Part shown: one piece after another, positions 38,362-47,466 of the stretch
Layout: each line of letters starts with the position of its first letter
Numbering within the stretch: position 1 is the first letter of the stretch
Origin: Candidatus Kaiserbacteria bacterium
Lineage (GTDB): Bacteria; Patescibacteriota; Minisyncoccia; Phycocordibacterales; Phycocordibacteraceae
NCBI GenBank assembly: GCA_026396715.1
Contig: JAPLWH010000014.1
Coordinates: 8,063 to 72,062 of the forward strand
DNA: 64,000 nt
Direction of reading: 5' to 3'
Notes under the pieces: model-generated
What the model was told of the DNA's origin: nothing
What the model saw: the letters and a program-made list of their open reading frames with translations, nothing else
The model's database searches: none
Made by a program: the position numbers and the translations under genes

Positions 38362-40110
38362 CTATTCGGAGACTGCGCGAAGGACTTCTTCGAGACTTGT
38401 GATGCCGTGAGCAGCTTTGTAGAGACCATCTTCGAACATTGTCAGCATGCCCTCTTTCTTCGCTTGCGTCTCAAGTGCGTCGGTCGTGCCCGAGCGAAGC
38501 ATGATGTCGCGGAGGGTAGGTGAAATGGCGAGTACTTCATGAATGCCGATACGACTCTTGTAACCATCTTCGCATTCGGCTGACGGATGAGGTCGATAGA
38601 AAGGAACACTATCAAGTGTGGAGTCTTCTTGAATAAGTTTTTCATCTTTGAGAGCTTTGAATGCGCTAGCGAACTGCTCTTCGCTAGCAATCTTCAGTCG
38701 TGCAGCACGGTCGAGGGTATAGGAATCTTTCGGTTCGCAGAGCCGACGAACGAGACGCTGTCCCACGATGACGCGTATCGTAGAGGCGAGAAGGAATGGC
38801 TCGACGCCCATGTCGATGAGGCGCGGAATAGCTCCAGCCGCGCTGTTGGTGTGAATGGTTGAAAGTACTAAGTGACCAGTGAGCGCCGCATTGATCGCGA
38901 GCGACGCGGTCTCGCTGTCACGGATTTCGCCGACCATGATGATGTCGGGATCCTGACGCACGAGCGAGCGCAAGCCATTTGCGAAGGTAAAGCCTATCTG
39001 CGGATTTACCTGTGTCTGATTGACGCGCTTCATCTGGTATTCAATCGGGTCTTCTACTGTTGAGATGTTTACGTCCGGCTGATTCAGGATGTCGAGCATT
39101 GTGTACAGCGTTGTTGTCTTACCGGATCCCGTCGGGCCTGAGATAAGAATGATGCCGGTCGTCTGTTTCAGGGCATGATGGATGCGTTCCATATTTTCTC
39201 CGTGGAGCCCAAGCGCATCCAGCGTGAATCCCTCGCCAGTCTCGCGCAAAAGACGCATGACGGTCTTCTCGCCGAAGAAGGTCGGGAGTATCGAGACGCG
39301 GAAGGATACTTGATCGGCTTCGGTCTCCATCTTGAATCGTCCGTCTTGCGGAAGACGCTTCTCGTCGAGTTTCAGGTTAGAGAGCACTTTGATGCGTGCG
39401 ACGATTCCTGCTGCGGCAGGTTTCGGCAGTGTCATCGCGTCGTGCAGGATGCCATCGATGCGATAGCGGACGAGCACTTCTTTTTCCATGGGTTCGATAT
39501 GGATGTCAGAAGCGCCCTGCACGATAGCGTGCCGTAGGAGCGTATCGACGATACGCACGATTGGCAGATCCTCAGCCATTTTTTTCAAGTCCTCGCCTGA
39601 AAGATCTTTGTTGTTGTCCGCGACAGCACTGATCTTCCCTGCTTCGGTTGAGATAATGTCGCCGAATTCGTCTTTGAGCGATTTCTGGTACTGCAGGAGC
39701 GCGAACTTAATGCTCTCAGTGTCGGTCAGTCGTGGCAATATCTTTAGGCTCGTCTTCTTGCGCACTGAATCAATGGACGCAAGGTCGTTTACATCGAGCA
39801 TTGCCACTTCAAGCGAGTCCCCTTCTTTTTTGAAGGCGATGATGTTGTGCGTGCGTGCGATTGGTTCCGGTATGAGCGCGAGCACATCGGCGGCTACGCG
39901 ATTGTCTTTTAAGTTTACGAAAGGAATGCCGAGGACGTATGCTTGGATGCGGCGCAAGGCGTCTTCGGTCAATGAGCCGCGTGAGACGAGCATGTCGCCG
40001 AGCGGCTGTCCGCGCTTCGTGGCTTCAGCAGCGGCAGCATCGATCTCCTTCTTGGCGACAAGGCCCGAGTCGATGATGAATTCTTTCAGCTCCCCTTCCG
40101 AAACGTGCAT
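38362..40110 (-). CDS. pilB: type IV pilus assembly ATPase PilB/GspE (copy 2)
   Basis: Walker A ISGPTGSGKTTTLYT, motif IMVGEIRD, GspII_E N-domain. Confidence 0.9.
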   Translation of the reverse strand: MHVSEGELKEFIIDSGLVAKKEIDAAAAEATKRGQPLGDMLVSRGSLTEDALRRIQAYVLGIPFVNLKDNRVAADVLALIPEPIARTHNIIAFKKEGDSLEVAMLDVNDLASIDSVRKKTSLKILPRLTDTESIKFALLQYQKSLKDEFGDIISTEAGKISAVADNNKDLSGEDLKKMAEDLPIVRIVDTLLRHAIVQGASDIHIEPMEKEVLVRYRIDGILHDAMTLPKPAAAGIVARIKVLSNLKLDEKRLPQDGRFKMETEADQVSFRVSILPTFFGEKTVMRLLRETGEGFTLDALGLHGENMERIHHALKQTTGIILISGPTGSGKTTTLYTMLDILNQPDVNISTVEDPIEYQMKRVNQTQVNPQIGFTFANGLRSLVRQDPDIIMVGEIRDSETASLAINAALTGHLVLSTIHTNSAAGAIPRLIDMGVEPFLLASTIRVIVGQRLVRRLCEPKDSYTLDRAARLKIASEEQFASAFKALKDEKLIQEDSTLDSVPFYRPHPSAECEDGYKSRIGIHEVLAISPTLRDIMLRSGTTDALETQAKKEGMLTMFEDGLYKAAHGITSLEEVLRAVSE

Positions 40111-40211
40111 ATAGAAATAGTATAGCGCGTCCCGCCATAGGCGTGACGCGCTTTTCACACATTCTTTAATTTGAATTAAGTCACAGAAGAGGTAATGTTA
40201 AGAAACTCTTT

Positions 40212-41273
40212 ATGCTCGGAGATGAACAACAATACGAATTGTATTGGAAAATAACCCTAGAATACTCTGATTTTTTTGGGGAAAAATTTCGAACGTGTCT
40301 TGCAGTTATCGTTGCGTTCATTGACGAGCAAAAAGATATTCCATTTTCTTCGGAAAAATACGAAGCGCTCCAGAAGCGAGTCGAAGGAGTGTTTCCAAAA
40401 GCCGACTCCGCATCCACTCGGAAAAGTATAAATCAGTACGTCAAATTAGGATTTATTCTTCCCGAATTGATTTTCTATCATCCAGCAACTAAAGCCTTTT
40501 TGCATGAAACTAGTCTGGGGAAGAAAAAAGCCCTGCTCTCTAAAATCATCTACTCGGATTCTAGCTTTGACCGATCGGTCACGAATCAGTCCGATAAAAA
40601 AGAGATAAACTTCCTGATCAAAACGCTGCAGAAGGTCGGGACTCTATCGAAAGACGGCGTTCTTGCGCTCATGACCGTAGACGTAAGTGCAGTTCCTAAC
40701 GGGTTTTTGGATCGAGCTGGTCTAGAAGAACGTCGTCGTCTTGTTGATGCAATCAATTTCGGGGAAAGAAAATACAATCAACTGAGTTATCTTTGGTCGC
40801 TCTTAAAACAACTCGATGGCTTAGTGGTACAAGACGATACCATTTCTCTGCAGGTAGACATGGCGGTCGTCGGGGATGAAGTAGATGATCTTCCGAAGAA
40901 GCGGGATCCGTATCTGCACCAGATATACAAAAATCAGCTCAAAGTAGAGTCGAATGATCAATTTGGCAGCATCGCATGTATGCTAGAGAAGCTTGCATAC
41001 CCATCTCTAGTCGCTAGTCACATCAAGCCGTTCAGCATTTCCTCGGAAGTGGAGGCTTATGACGTAAACAACGGATTGCTTTTAAGTAAAAATATGGACT
41101 TTCTGTTCGATCAGGGATACATTTCCTTTTTGTCGGATGGCTCGATACTCATTTCAGAACGGTTACATATCGGCGTAAGAGAATATCTGAAACCATTCAC
41201 TCTTGGTAAGACATTTCTTGCGGAGGCACGACTTGCATATCTCGAATATCATCGAGCACATGTGTTTTCTTGA
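40212..41273 (+). CDS. HNH-family nuclease, candidate restriction endonuclease of the adjacent methyltransferases
   Basis: C-terminal ASHIKP...NGLLLS...FDQGYISF matches the HNH restriction-endonuclease fold. Low-GC gene next to two DNA MTases. Confidence 0.5.
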   Translation: MLGDEQQYELYWKITLEYSDFFGEKFRTCLAVIVAFIDEQKDIPFSSEKYEALQKRVEGVFPKADSASTRKSINQYVKLGFILPELIFYHPATKAFLHETSLGKKKALLSKIIYSDSSFDRSVTNQSDKKEINFLIKTLQKVGTLSKDGVLALMTVDVSAVPNGFLDRAGLEERRRLVDAINFGERKYNQLSYLWSLLKQLDGLVVQDDTISLQVDMAVVGDEVDDLPKKRDPYLHQIYKNQLKVESNDQFGSIACMLEKLAYPSLVASHIKPFSISSEVEAYDVNNGLLLSKNMDFLFDQGYISFLSDGSILISERLHIGVREYLKPFTLGKTFLAEARLAYLEYHRAHVFS

Positions 41274-42276
41274 GATTTTTCACGACAAAGAGATACTCCG
41301 TATTCCTATCCTTGTTCTCCTTGCCTGTTACCTTGTAGCGATGGGGTTTTTCAATAATCTCTATAGAACTCGCATATTTTGAAAGCAATGTATACAGCTC
41401 TTCTTTGCTTGGGAAGGAAGAGTTGTTATAGCTCATAACCCAATATTTGTATGAGGTAAGGTTCGCAAATAATCTGTCGAAGAGTTCTAGGGCAGACTTT
41501 CGATTTACGAAATTGTTTTTGAATGGCTTTAATTTCTTCGATTCTATGTATTCGTCTAACGCGCCATAAAATCCGAAATAATTATTCATCGTGCCTGAAT
41601 ACGGGGGGTCGAGATATATCACGTCTGCCTGTACCGTTCCGAGTAGATCAAAAATATCCCTGTTGTACACACGGTTATCCTTTCCGTTGTCAAAGACCGC
41701 TTGATTATATGCGGTTAGATTTGCGAGCACATGCTCTCGGAATGAAAGATTGTGATATGCGCGTTTTCTCCCATACGTTTTATAGCTGTGAACTTCATCG
41801 CGAAGCTTTTTTATCGTATTCCAATCAATAGTAAATCTGGAGTACGGCATTTTTCGTATCATGGCGCGCCGGAGTAAGCTCAGTGCCAATGCTTTTTTAT
41901 ACGTCGAGCCGAGTTTCTCCACATTTTTCCGGTATCGATCAAGCTCCATGCATTCATTGGGAAAAAAATAAACATTCGCGTAGTTTTTATACATAAAACC
42001 TTTTACTGGTTTCCCCGCGAAGAGGATAGTCAGGTCTGATTCTTCCAAGGTTTCCCGCTTATTTTCTATAAGCGCAGTAGCCAACTGAGCATTAATTTTC
42101 AGAATGTCGTTGCTGATGACGCGCATCCCTCTTTTTTTCGCTTCGTATCCGACGGAACTGCTTCCGGCGAAAGCGTCGAATACGGACTCTGCAGCTATCG
42201 GGAATAGATCGCAAATCCAAGAAGCAAGCTTTTCTTTATTCCCGATGAAGTTTATTTTTGGAGGTTTATTTTTCAT
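41197..42276 (-). CDS. N6-adenine DNA methyltransferase, D12/Dam class
   Basis: Motif I FAGSSSVG and motif IV DPPY (VIYLDPPYSG). Confidence 0.8.
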   Translation of the reverse strand: MKNKPPKINFIGNKEKLASWICDLFPIAAESVFDAFAGSSSVGYEAKKRGMRVISNDILKINAQLATALIENKRETLEESDLTILFAGKPVKGFMYKNYANVYFFPNECMELDRYRKNVEKLGSTYKKALALSLLRRAMIRKMPYSRFTIDWNTIKKLRDEVHSYKTYGRKRAYHNLSFREHVLANLTAYNQAVFDNGKDNRVYNRDIFDLLGTVQADVIYLDPPYSGTMNNYFGFYGALDEYIESKKLKPFKNNFVNRKSALELFDRLFANLTSYKYWVMSYNNSSFPSKEELYTLLSKYASSIEIIEKPHRYKVTGKENKDRNTEYLFVVKNLKKTHVLDDIRDMQVVPPQEMSYQE

Positions 42277-43300
42277 TGCGAATTACTTTCTTCAGTCTCT
42301 GGGCAATCATTTTTGCGAGTAGGGGAGGTACTGCGTTTCCGACCTGTTGCTGCTGAGAAATCTTTGAACCGGTAAACACAAATGAGTCGGGAAATGATTG
42401 AATGCGAGCCAGTTCGCGGACGGTCAGCGCTCTATTTTGCGAGTAATGAAATATCTTCCGCATGTCTCCGGTAACGCATACGGAGGGCTCAGTACTAGTA
42501 TAACGAATGTATTTTCTACTATCCCCGGTTAGCGGTCTGAGCGGAAGAGGAATTTGAGACCGGTCTCCTCCGTCTTTTACATACGCCATTTTTTTGAGCA
42601 TCTGAGGCGTATGTCTCATGGCTTCATGATTGGGGATAACTGAAGAAGCTCCTACTTCCAGGGTCGGAAGGTCATGTATCGCATCCCAAACGGTTTTGAT
42701 GCGGTTCGTTTTCTCCTTTGAGAATGCAAAAGGTAGATCAGATTTAGTGCCGACGAAAATAACTCGTCTTCTGGATTGCGGTACGTCATACTCTGCTGCG
42801 TTTAAGATCGTACAAGAGACGGTGTACCCAAGGTTTGAAAAGCACTCGATTATTTCGGCGCGCGTCTGACCTTTGTTGTGGCTGTACAGGCGAGCGACGT
42901 TTTCCATAACGAAGTATTCCGGCTCTATTATTTTTATCACACGAGCAAATTCGCGGAATAAACGATTACGAGGATCAGCTATAAATTTCCGACCGATGCT
43001 GCCAGCCATGCTAAAGCCCTGACAGGGCGGACCTCCTATGACGACATCCACGTGTTGTTTTTTCAGTATTTTCTTTATTTCTTTTGCGTCTATCTTTGAA
43101 ATGTCAGATTGGATAAGTGTATGATTAGGGAAATTAGCGCGATACGTTTTACAAAAGTTCGGCTCGTTGTCTAAGGAGAAAATATTTTTGAACCCGGCTT
43201 TTTCAAATCCGAGCGCTAAGCCGCCGGCACCGCAGAAAAGATCAATATAGGTCAGATCTGCTTGTTTTTTCTGAGCCATACTATTGCCTGAGTATAGCAA
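42266..43300 (-). CDS. dcm: C-5 cytosine-specific DNA methyltransferase
   Basis: Motif I LFCGAGGLALGF, motif IV GGPPCQGFS, ENV motif. Confidence 0.9.
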   Translation of the reverse strand: MLYSGNSMAQKKQADLTYIDLFCGAGGLALGFEKAGFKNIFSLDNEPNFCKTYRANFPNHTLIQSDISKIDAKEIKKILKKQHVDVVIGGPPCQGFSMAGSIGRKFIADPRNRLFREFARVIKIIEPEYFVMENVARLYSHNKGQTRAEIIECFSNLGYTVSCTILNAAEYDVPQSRRRVIFVGTKSDLPFAFSKEKTNRIKTVWDAIHDLPTLEVGASSVIPNHEAMRHTPQMLKKMAYVKDGGDRSQIPLPLRPLTGDSRKYIRYTSTEPSVCVTGDMRKIFHYSQNRALTVRELARIQSFPDSFVFTGSKISQQQQVGNAVPPLLAKMIAQRLKKVIRNEK

Positions 43301-43340
43301 AATTTGGTCGTAACGACTTAATTAAGTCTGAACTGATTTC

Positions 43341-43368
43341 TTGACGCGCAGAACGCATCTGGTATACT
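43341..43368 (+). promoter_or_regulatory. sigma70-like promoter for nusA (TTGACG-16 nt-TATACT)
   Basis: Near-consensus -35 and -10 elements with a 16-nt spacer. A GC hairpin plus T-run follows in the leader. Confidence 0.5.
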
Positions 43369-43433
43369 TTGTTTTATCTGGAAGGTCCGCGACGCGGACT
43401 TTCTTATTAAAAAGTGCGACATACATATTCCAT

Positions 43434-44801
43434 ATGATTGATTTAAAGACTATCAATGCGGTGCTCGGGGAGTTCGAGGATCGCGGCATCAGCCGCGCGA
43501 CGATGATTGACGCTATCGAGAGCGCGATGGCGACCGCCTACAAGCGCGAATACGGAAAGCGCGGCCAGGTCATACGCGCCAAGCTCGACCTCAATTCCGG
43601 CACGATCGCTTTTGAACAAGTAAAGACCGTCGTCGATGACACGACGGTGCGCTTCCCTGCGCCCGATGAGGTCATTCCCGAGGAGCAGCAGCATCATGCG
43701 CACCCGTTCCACGCGGAGGAAGAGCACCTCGCCGAGGGCGAATTGCCTCGTTTTGATTCCGAAAAGCACATCCTCATCGACGATGCGAAGCGCATGAAGC
43801 GCGGTGTCGCCGTGGGCGAGGACATCATCTTCCCGCTCGAGCCGCAGGACGATTTCGGCCGTATTGCGGCGCAGACTGCCAAGCAGGTGGTCATCCAGAA
43901 GGTGCGCGAGGCCGAGAAGCTCTCGATGATGGAGGAGTTCGGCGAGAAGAAGGGTCAGATCGTCGGCGGCATTGTGCAGCGCATGGAACGCGGCGCGATC
44001 TTTGTCGACCTCGGCCGCACGACCGGCATCATCCCGTACGAGGAGCAGATTCCGGGCGAGCGTTATCGCATGGGCGAGCGCATCCGCGCGTATCTTTACG
44101 CGGTGGACGAAGGTTTCCGCGGCGTCTATTTGCGCCTTTCCCGCGCGCATCCGCAGTTCGTCGTGCGACTTTTCGAGCTTGAAGCACCGGAGCTCGCTTC
44201 GGGCGCTATCGAGATTAAGGCACTTGCACGCGAGCCGGGCAGCCGCACCAAGATCGCACTCGCGTCGCGCGATGCTCATATCGATCCGGTCGGTTCCCTC
44301 GTCGGTCAGCGCGGTGTGCGCGTCTCGACCGTCATGAGCGAGCTCGGCGGCGAACGCATCGACATCATCGAGTGGAATGCCGACGCGAAGGAATTCGTGA
44401 AAGAGGCCCTCTCCCCTGCGACCCCGACCGAAGTTGTGCTGAATGAAGTTGATCATCGCGCGACGGTTACCGTCGCCGAGGACGAACAGTCGCTCGCTAT
44501 CGGCCGTGGCGGTCAGAACGTGCGTCTTGCCGCGAAACTTACGGGCTGGAACATCGACATCATATCGACGGGAGGTGCTGAAGTGGCGGAATCAAACGGC
44601 GAATCAGTCGCGGTCGCAGCAACCGAAGAGGATCCCGCTGAAGCGGCAGGCGTAATGCCGACCGAGAGCGTCGAGATCATTACCGATGAAGCGCCGCAAG
44701 TTACCGGCCTTCCGGCTGAAGAGGAATTGGCTTCCCTTCCTGCGAGCGATGAGACCGTCGCTGACAAAGAAGAGGATCGCGACAAAGCGAAAGACGAGTA
44801 A
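43434..44801 (+). CDS. nusA: transcription termination/antitermination factor NusA
   Basis: NusA N-domain (MIDLKTINAVLGEFEDRGISR), S1 and KH domains, acidic C-terminal tail. Confidence 0.9.
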   Translation: MIDLKTINAVLGEFEDRGISRATMIDAIESAMATAYKREYGKRGQVIRAKLDLNSGTIAFEQVKTVVDDTTVRFPAPDEVIPEEQQHHAHPFHAEEEHLAEGELPRFDSEKHILIDDAKRMKRGVAVGEDIIFPLEPQDDFGRIAAQTAKQVVIQKVREAEKLSMMEEFGEKKGQIVGGIVQRMERGAIFVDLGRTTGIIPYEEQIPGERYRMGERIRAYLYAVDEGFRGVYLRLSRAHPQFVVRLFELEAPELASGAIEIKALAREPGSRTKIALASRDAHIDPVGSLVGQRGVRVSTVMSELGGERIDIIEWNADAKEFVKEALSPATPTEVVLNEVDHRATVTVAEDEQSLAIGRGGQNVRLAAKLTGWNIDIISTGGAEVAESNGESVAVAATEEDPAEAAGVMPTESVEIITDEAPQVTGLPAEEELASLPASDETVADKEEDRDKAKDE

Positions 44802-44828
44802 ATCGCCGATGCTGTATAATCGATTCAT

Positions 44829-44910
44829 ATGAATCCCGTTAGAAATACCGAAATGAGCGGGAGGAAATGCACGAGAATTATCCTCGTTTACTAAACTAAT
44901 TTCTAACGGG
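44829..44910. repeat. palindromic element copy c (cccgttagaaat ... atttctaacggg) upstream of ppa
   Basis: The terminal inverted repeats end exactly at the ppa ATG. Confidence 0.7.
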
Positions 44911-45429
44911 ATGAATCTATTACACGATATCGATCCGGGTACGAAGGAGGAGATGAATGTCATCATCGAGATACCAAAAGGGTCGCACAATAAATACGAG
45001 ATCGACAAGAAGACCGGCGTCATCAAGCTCGATCGAGTCATGCACAGCGCGCAGGACTACCCTTTTGACTATGGCTTTGTGCCACAGACGCTTTGGGACG
45101 ATGGCGACGCGCTCGATGTCGTCGTGCTGACCACGTACCCGCTCGCGCCAGGCATCCTTGTTCCGGCAAGGCCGATCGGCATCATGCACATGACCGATGG
45201 TGGCGAGGCGGACGAGAAGATAATCGCGGTCGCCTCTGGCGACCCGCGGTACGCTCTCGTAAAAGATATTGCTGACGCGAATCAGCACGTACTCAAAGAG
45301 ATTTCCCACTTCTTCGCGACCTATAAGCAGATTCAGAAGAAAGAGGTCAACGTGGGTAACTTCGAAGGTCGCGCGGCGGCACTCGCGGCATTCGAACGGT
45401 CACGGAAGCTGTATGAGGATGCAAAATGA
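44911..45429 (+). CDS. ppa: inorganic pyrophosphatase
   Basis: Family I PPase motifs (DHILIDD-like, DYPFDYGFVPQT). Confidence 0.9.
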   Translation: MNLLHDIDPGTKEEMNVIIEIPKGSHNKYEIDKKTGVIKLDRVMHSAQDYPFDYGFVPQTLWDDGDALDVVVLTTYPLAPGILVPARPIGIMHMTDGGEADEKIIAVASGDPRYALVKDIADANQHVLKEISHFFATYKQIQKKEVNVGNFEGRAAALAAFERSRKLYEDAK

Positions 45430-45430
45430 T

Positions 45431-45625
45431 ATGAACGACGAAAAACTTCTGCCACCTGGAGAAATGCCGCAGCCCGGAGTGCCGTCGCCGAAAGCTCAGT
45501 CCTGGGGCGCGCTTATCTCGATCGGCGTCATCGTGCTTATGGTCGTTGTCGGAGCCTTCTATGCATGGGGCAAGAGAGTTTCTGAGACGAACATTCCCGC
45601 CGATGCGCTGATCACTTCTCAATAA
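45431..45625 (+). CDS. small single-TM membrane protein (64 aa)
   Basis: MNDEKLLPPGEMPQPG... followed by a hydrophobic helix. Starts 2 nt after the ppa stop. Confidence 0.35.
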   Translation: MNDEKLLPPGEMPQPGVPSPKAQSWGALISIGVIVLMVVVGAFYAWGKRVSETNIPADALITSQ

Positions 45626-45637
45626 TATAAAATACCC

Positions 45638-46249
45638 ATGCTATCTATGAAAATGAACACCAAAACCCGTGCCTCCATGCTTGTTCCGATGGTCATTGAA
45701 AAGAGTCAGTTCGGTGAGCGCGCGTACGACATCTACTCGCGTCTCCTCAAGGAGCGCATCGTGTTCCTTAGCGGCCCGATTGACGACGATACAGCAAATC
45801 TCGTCATCGCACAGCTGCTTTTCCTCGAAGCGGAAGATCCAAAAAAGGACATCTCGCTCTATATCAATTCCCCGGGCGGTTCCGTCACGGCGACGCTCGC
45901 GATGGTAGATACGATGAATCACGTGAAGCCAAATGTCTCGACCGTATGTGTCGGCATGGCAGCTTCCGGCGCGGCAATCCTCCTCTCTGCTGGGGAAAAA
46001 GGAAAGCGTTTCGCACTTCCGCATGCGGAAGTGATGATTCATCAGCCACACGGCGGTGCCGAGGGTCAGGCCACCGACATCGAGATTACGGCGAAGCAGA
46101 TCTTGAAGCTCCGCGCGGTGCTGAACAAAATTCTTTCGAAGAATACCGGACAGCTGCTCGCGAAGATTGAGAAAGACGTCGAGCGCGACTTCTTCATGAC
46201 TGCCGACGAAGCGAAGAAATACGGCCTCGTCGACAAGGTGTACGGCTAG
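45638..46249 (+). CDS. clpP: ATP-dependent Clp protease proteolytic subunit
   Basis: Catalytic Ser context ([11 protein letters not shown]), His, and length. Confidence 0.9.
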   Translation: MLSMKMNTKTRASMLVPMVIEKSQFGERAYDIYSRLLKERIVFLSGPIDDDTANLVIAQLLFLEAEDPKKDISLYINSPGGSVTATLAMVDTMNHVKPNVSTVCVGMAASGAAILLSAGEKGKRFALPHAEVMIHQPHGGAEGQATDIEITAKQILKLRAVLNKILSKNTGQLLAKIEKDVERDFFMTADEAKKYGLVDKVYG

Positions 46250-46266
46250 TCCGGGCATGAATGCAT

Positions 46267-46303
46267 GACGAAACGCGCCGGCGAAGCCGGCGCGTTTCGT
46301 TTT
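46267..46303. terminator. 34-nt palindromic hairpin (gacgaaacgcgccggc-gaa-gccggcgcgtttcgt) followed by a T-run; left bracket of the GHKL gene
   Basis: 16-bp perfect stem. Acts as the clpP terminator. A near-identical copy lies at 47313-47346. Confidence 0.7.
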
Positions 46304-46315
46304 AACCGAGATCTT

Positions 46316-47398
46316 TTATTTACCGACTCTTTCAACCATAAATCGGACTGCTTCGTCCATGTTTATCGGTTGAATTTCAATATTCGGATGCTTTTCTTTA
46401 AAGACCCTAAAAACCTCATCAGCAAATGCTTGTCCGATTGTCGGCACCTTGTCGAAATCAAGAATTATAGATTCGAATTTATCCAGCCCTTCGAGAATGC
46501 GCCGTGCTTGGGATCTAGATACATGTACCCCATCACCAGAAGCATACAGCTTCACTTTTATCTCAGTTTTGTTAAATGCGAATTCTGTACCGACACTGAA
46601 TTTTCTGAAGATGGCGCTGAGATGTCGTGTTGAATTGACATCAATAGAAAATCTTACCCATGTGCCTCTTTTCAGAGCTGGGAGAGTCTTATAGAACACC
46701 TCGTGCGTCTTATTGTTAATTGTTAAAACATATCCATAACTTTCAAGTGTAAACACATCAGCCGCTTTTGATGTAAAAAAAATACCTTGACCAGAATGAG
46801 ATTTCGGCATGGTGGTGGTCTTCCCTTTCAGCAAGTCCTGCATGGCTTCTAACTCAGTCTTCAATCCCTTTTCTTTCATAATATTGCGGAAAACCCCAAT
46901 CCCAAAGTCGTTGACGATGAAGTGCAATTTTCGGTTTTGAACCGATACTTCAACTTCTACGTATTTTGATTGCGAATGTTCAATTGCATTGTTAAGAATT
47001 TCGGAGAACGCATAATTAAGAATACTTCTGACATTCTCGGAAAGGCGTTTAACTGGAGGATATTGGTTTTGAATATCTTCATAAATTTCGTGCTCTTGCA
47101 GACCATTGTTTTTTAATCGTTTAGAAATCCGTACAGGGAATGCCCCAACTTCGTCGGCTGACTCTGGCAATAGATAGTAAGCTCTGTTCGTTGAACCAAC
47201 CTTGACCAGTTTATCCTTGAATACAAGATCGTTGACCAAGATAACGGCATACTGCCTCGAGATTCCGAATGAAATTGTCGATAGTAAACCGCATATAAGG
47301 TTATTCCAGCGTGACGAAACGCGCCGGCTTCGCCGGCGCGTTTCGTTTGTGTTAGAGTCAGCCCGTACCGCAAGACCGCCCGCCCGACTCGACTGCAC
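46316..47398 (-). CDS. GHKL-type ATPase/kinase-like domain fused to a C-terminal STAS-like (DUF4325-like) domain
   Basis: N-box ILNNAIEHS and G1 box DFGIGV of the HATPase_c fold. C-terminal region resembles anti-sigma-antagonist STAS domains. N-terminal extent uncertain (the track uses a GTG start inside the palindrome). Confidence 0.55.
   Translation of the reverse strand: MQSSRAGGLAVRADSNTNETRRRSRRVSSRWNNLICGLLSTISFGISRQYAVILVNDLVFKDKLVKVGSTNRAYYLLPESADEVGAFPVRISKRLKNNGLQEHEIYEDIQNQYPPVKRLSENVRSILNYAFSEILNNAIEHSQSKYVEVEVSVQNRKLHFIVNDFGIGVFRNIMKEKGLKTELEAMQDLLKGKTTTMPKSHSGQGIFFTSKAADVFTLESYGYVLTINNKTHEVFYKTLPALKRGTWVRFSIDVNSTRHLSAIFRKFSVGTEFAFNKTEIKVKLYASGDGVHVSRSQARRILEGLDKFESIILDFDKVPTIGQAFADEVFRVFKEKHPNIEIQPINMDEAVRFMVERVGK
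47313..47346. repeat. second copy of the 34-nt palindromic hairpin (loop flipped); right bracket of the GHKL gene
   Basis: Stem identical to 46267-46300. The loop is ttc rather than gaa. Confidence 0.7.
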
Positions 47399-47466
47399 CG
47401 CCGCACCGCCCTTTTTAAGAACCTTATCCTGTTTCGCCTTCGGGAACAGATCTAATTACACGGGCC

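Noticed and set aside
43443-44456. 337-aa minus-strand ORF antisense to nusA
   Set aside because: It is a GC-driven antisense frame with low-complexity R/A/L composition. NusA on the plus strand is unambiguous.
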